NCBI GenBank assembly: GCA_000182565.2
Contig: KQ257451.1
Direction: 5' to 3' (one strand)
DNA: 64,000 nucleotides
Source of the DNA: Spizellomyces punctatus DAOM BR117
Taxonomy: Eukaryota
Under the pieces are notes generated by a model. The model was given only the letters and a program-made list of their open reading frames with translations, did not search any database and was not told the origin of the DNA. Both the position numbers and the translations under genes were made by a program. Shown piece after piece: positions 60,085-64,000 of the stretch (position 1 is its first letter; every line of letters begins with the position of its first letter).

Positions 60085-61365
60085 TCAAACCATTGTCCGC
60101 AACCGTTTCGTAGCAGGCGGCGATACTTGGACTATATCCCCCGAATACTCATCATACTCTTCATACGCAGACTCTGTCTCCGATTGCAACCCATGATCCT
60201 CTACAAGAGGCGGTGACGACCTGTTATGAATGTGTCGATCGATGGAAGGCAGTGGATTGGGTTTTGTATCTTGTGGTGAAATCTTTGCTACCTCGGCCTG
60301 TAATATATCCACTATAAAAAAAACCATACATTAATAAATGACGTAAAAAACAAGCATTATGCATAATGCTTTTTACCATCGAATTTCCGTTTTCGAGAGG
60401 TATTATCCCCATCTTCTCTATATATCGATGCCAAAAATGATGTAATATTGGTAATGACTTGATGGTGTTTACTCTGTAATAGCCGGCAAGCGACGGTTTC
60501 GGACCAGAGAAGGTTATACGATTCGTGGACTTTGGCTCTACATTGCATATATGAATATCCCAAAAACGGTTGAAAAAGATGTGTGGGGGGTACATTACAA
60601 TTTTTCTTCCAGTTCCAGTACTTTGTTTGTTAATTGCTCGATACGCTCGTCTTTGGATATAGTTAGGTTCGCGGCGGCTTGGGCGCGTTGTTGTTGGGTC
60701 ATTTTGGAGCTTTTGCGTTTGATGTTTTGTAAGAGTTCTACTTGGCCTCGACGAAAATCGGGGTGCTATTATTACGGTTAATTGCTACTTTTTTCGTCGA
60801 GTTTTTTAGAGTGGTTTTGTGCGTACCTTGAATTCCCATGTTTCCGATGAATTACCGTGGTACATGTCGTTAATCTTGTGAAAACCGTACATGTTAAGTT
60901 GTCGAACAAAACTTGCAAACTATAGCAACATGCGTGAGTAAGGTTTCGTTTTTTTAAAAAAACTTGGAATGCTCGGGTATAGTACATTGTTGTGCTTAAA
61001 GTATTGGGGTAAAACCGTTTTTGAAAAATCTAAAGCCATATAAAATAATGAGTATGATTTGCCCGTGATGTCGCATCGCCAACGTCGGTCGAAAACAATA
61101 ACCCCTCCCACAACAACAAACTGAACATACCGGTAATGTTATTTACGATAAAATACGTGCCAGTCGGGTCCCAGCAAATAAGATGCTGAACGGAAGAATC
61201 TTCCAACATTCTGATCACACAATGAACATTGTCAGAACCCCACACAAGACACCAAAGTGTACATTCCACTTATACTTGCGAGTAAAGTTTGTTGATAAAG
61301 GCTGCTTGGGAGGAATTCCCTGCACCCGCGTCAGGTTTCTTGTCCGTCGGCGTCATTCGCTCCAT
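60085..61365 (-). CDS. HSF-type DNA-binding-domain transcription factor, multi-exon
   Basis: AFINKLY|MLED..LICWDPTGTYFIV|DFSKTVLPQYFKHNN|FASFVRQLNMYGFHKI..WEFK|HPDFRRG..LLQNIKRK, then coiled coil. Confidence 0.9.
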
Positions 61366-61821
61366 GATCGGCCGTTTGTTTTTCCAAAAAAAGCTGGCAC
61401 AAAGGACTAGAGGTTTGAAACTATTCCAAGTATGTTGAACCAAAGGGGTAGAATGGCGACGATGCCCTTTTAGAAACCGTGCTCAAAGCATGCGTTGAAA
61501 AAGAACGATCCAATGCAATGTAACAAGAAATCTGTTAAAACCCAAAACTCTTAAAATTCACGCTTCTAGAAATTTCGTAAACGTCCAGAAAACAATACGG
61601 GCGGACACAAAGCCCTATTGCATAAGCAAAGTCATGTGAATCGCGGTATGAATGAATGGGAAATGCGCGGCGGTCCAAAACCGTGTTGTGTTGCCCTGGG
61701 TTGGACTTAATAACCCCCAGATTTCTGATCGTTCAACAACAGGAAGGGATTGCTTTTTTTTTGTTCTTGTTGGTTTCCCAGTTACGTTTTTGACAAACGG
61801 TGGGTTCTTTTTGTTACTACT

Positions 61822-64000
61822 ATGGCTACTGCCACGACAAGGTGTGTTTACTCGGTACAGCCCACTATTCTGGCGTTTGCTCAACCTTTAACCGCTAGAG
61901 TTTCGGGAGCGGGATACCCAGGCGCCGAAGATGTCTTTGTAGAAATAACGGACCCTCAAACTGGCAAGACATTTTTTGCCAACATTGCGACGGGGGAATG
62001 TTGTTGGGAACGACCGAGACATGCTCGTGTGTGCGTATTTTTGTCGCTTTACCGAGCGTTATGAGATTATGGGGACTTAAGAGGGTGATTTGTGAGATGA
62101 AACGTTGGAACCAGGTCATTAATTCGTAAAATTGTTTTCCTGATCGTTTGCAGGAAGCCAAAGGATGAATCGGGTATCGAGTGGTGGGAACTCTTTGATG
62201 ATCATCACAAGTTGGTATGTGGAACATTTGCGTTTAGGATACGTCATGGTGTGAGGTATCTAAAATGGAAAAAAAACGACAGCCCTATTACTACAATACC
62301 AAGACGGGAGAAACGGAATGGCTTCGACCGACTGTGGGGACAATCATCCCAGTATGTGTCTTGATCGTGTTTATGGAATGGAACATTATGCTTATGTTTT
62401 TTTGAATGTGTGAAACAGCTGACAGCTATACAGGTATGTAGAGTACCCTCGTTCATTTGCATGTCGTAAACGAAATAGAATAATATCTTTGACGATGCAC
62501 TGTCAACAGAACTCTTCCATCGGAAAGCGCGTTTCCGTTCTCGTACAACAAGCTTCCATCGCCAATTCTTTTGCTGGCACGTCCTTGTTGGGTGCTGCAT
62601 CACTGGCTGCCGATAGCCCTATGCGCTACATGTCAAATTCACCGCCCCAGCGATCCATACCCGAGGAAGTAGGTCATCCTCCTGTCCCTTCCCAAAACAC
62701 CTCCTTGCTCATTCTTTCCATGCAGCCTGTATACCCCAGGCCAACAACCCGCTCAGGCTCCCATCCAGATATCAGTACGACCCAGCAATACTCTCCGCTC
62801 GCCTCACCGAATATGAGACAAAGCAACTCGTCAAAGAATTTGTCTCAGTCACCTCCTATATCGGCTAGCGGGAATCGCACATCGCTTACTCAGTCATCTT
62901 CCATGCATAGTCTTCGTGATGCGGCAGCAAGGGCGCGTACCTATGGGATTAGTACACCGGTTTTGAACCCAGGTACGTGCACTCTGTGTTTGTTTCGGTC
63001 GATGAACGTGCGCATTCTGAGCCTTTCTGTGACTATTAGAAGCAGCAGCATCAATGAGTCCATTGAATAGTCCAATAAATGCAAAGATACAATCCAGTCC
63101 CGAGCTACAATCTCCTATCAATGAGTCCGTGATCTTGGTTCATTTGAATCCGCAGTCCGATAGCTAACACTCTCTGTCACAGGGGAAAAGCCCTCCCAAA
63201 AGACTTGAAAGCGCAACTAAGCCAGTTTCGGATAGAAGGATTTGCGACAAAGTACTTTTCAGAACATAGAAAGGGAATATTTTTCCGACGAAGAGTCCCT
63301 GTTGAAAAGATGTTGGTGTACCAAAAGGTTTGTTCCAAATGTAGTATGTGCCATGGTTCCTTATCTAACAAAACATTGCAGGAGCCTCTGAAAGCCCCAT
63401 TAATGGTCTTGAACAAGGACTTGCACAAGGATGCACTAAAATGCTTCAAGCTCATACAAAAAATAATGAAATCCGACCCTGCCGCTGCGGTAACAGATAC
63501 ACATACACTACTGGAAAAAGGGATTGCCCATGGTGGCCTTCGAGATGAGATTTACGTGCAGATCTGCAAGGTATGTTTGTCCCCATCTTTTGTATCCTAT
63601 TTTACAAAGGTCCTTGACCAACTTTTGATATCAGCAATTGAAAAACAATCCCGATGGGTAGGTGTGTGCATTTTCGAGTCTAGGCGGATAACCCCGCTCC
63701 AAGGCACCTCTAACCAACCGAGTGAACGCAGAGAAAGCGTATACAGAGGCTGGATACTCATCTCAGTAGTCACCATCGCCTTTCCTCCTTCCAAAAACTT
63801 TGAAGATTACCTCAAAAACTTTGTTCAACAGCATCAAGGAAGCACGGCTGGAAAAGTCGCCATGGTCGTGCAACACTGTTGGAAAAAGCTGTTAAGAATC
63901 TGTAAAACGGGGCCACGCGGGAAAACCCCCACCACGGCCGAAATCCAACGGGCTCAGGTTCAGTGTTTTATGAAACTCCAATTTGTGTTTCGCTAATTCC
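61822..64000 (+). CDS. ARHGAP39/Vilse-like WW-WW-MyTH4(-RhoGAP) protein, multi-exon, truncated by window end
   Basis: FVEITDPQTGKTFFANIATGECCWERP, EWWELFDD..YYYNTKTGETEWLRP..IIP; MyTH4 LRDEIYVQICK..RGWILISVVTIAFPPSKNFEDYL. RhoGAP domain inferred, not in window. Confidence 0.82.

Overview
Gene-dense, intron-rich eukaryotic DNA with short (~50-110 nt) GT-AG introns. Gene content (flagging inference) points to an early-diverging zoosporic fungus, probably a chytrid, because fungal-type genes sit beside animal-type ones (ARHGAP39, LRRC58, KIAA1328, full-length SMARCC). About 30 protein-coding genes can be supported, several invisible to the ORF track because their exons are tiny (CENP-S/MHF1, LAMTOR1/Ego1, NAT3, PPIH, ISY1). 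There is a repeat/TE-relic zone at ~36.4-39.0 kb and an accessory zone at ~45-51.7 kb. Best findings: (1) a 7-exon, mitochondrion-targeted SPFH/stomatin-like gene (33907-32306, -) whose C-terminus carries the conserved tail motif of cytochrome c oxidase subunit 1 (SLEWxxxSPPxxHxFxExP), suggesting a nuclear-relocated Cox1 C-terminal domain fused to an SPFH scaffold; (2) a metazoan-type histone 3' stem-loop 16 nt after the stop of an intron-containing H2A that ends in the H2AX-type SQEY; (3) three secreted repeat-protein genes with a shared signal-peptide exon, intron position and 3' UTR but two unrelated repeat payloads; (4) a recurrent CACGTG + RFX X-box composite in several promoters. All homology calls are from recognising motifs by eye; no database search was run.
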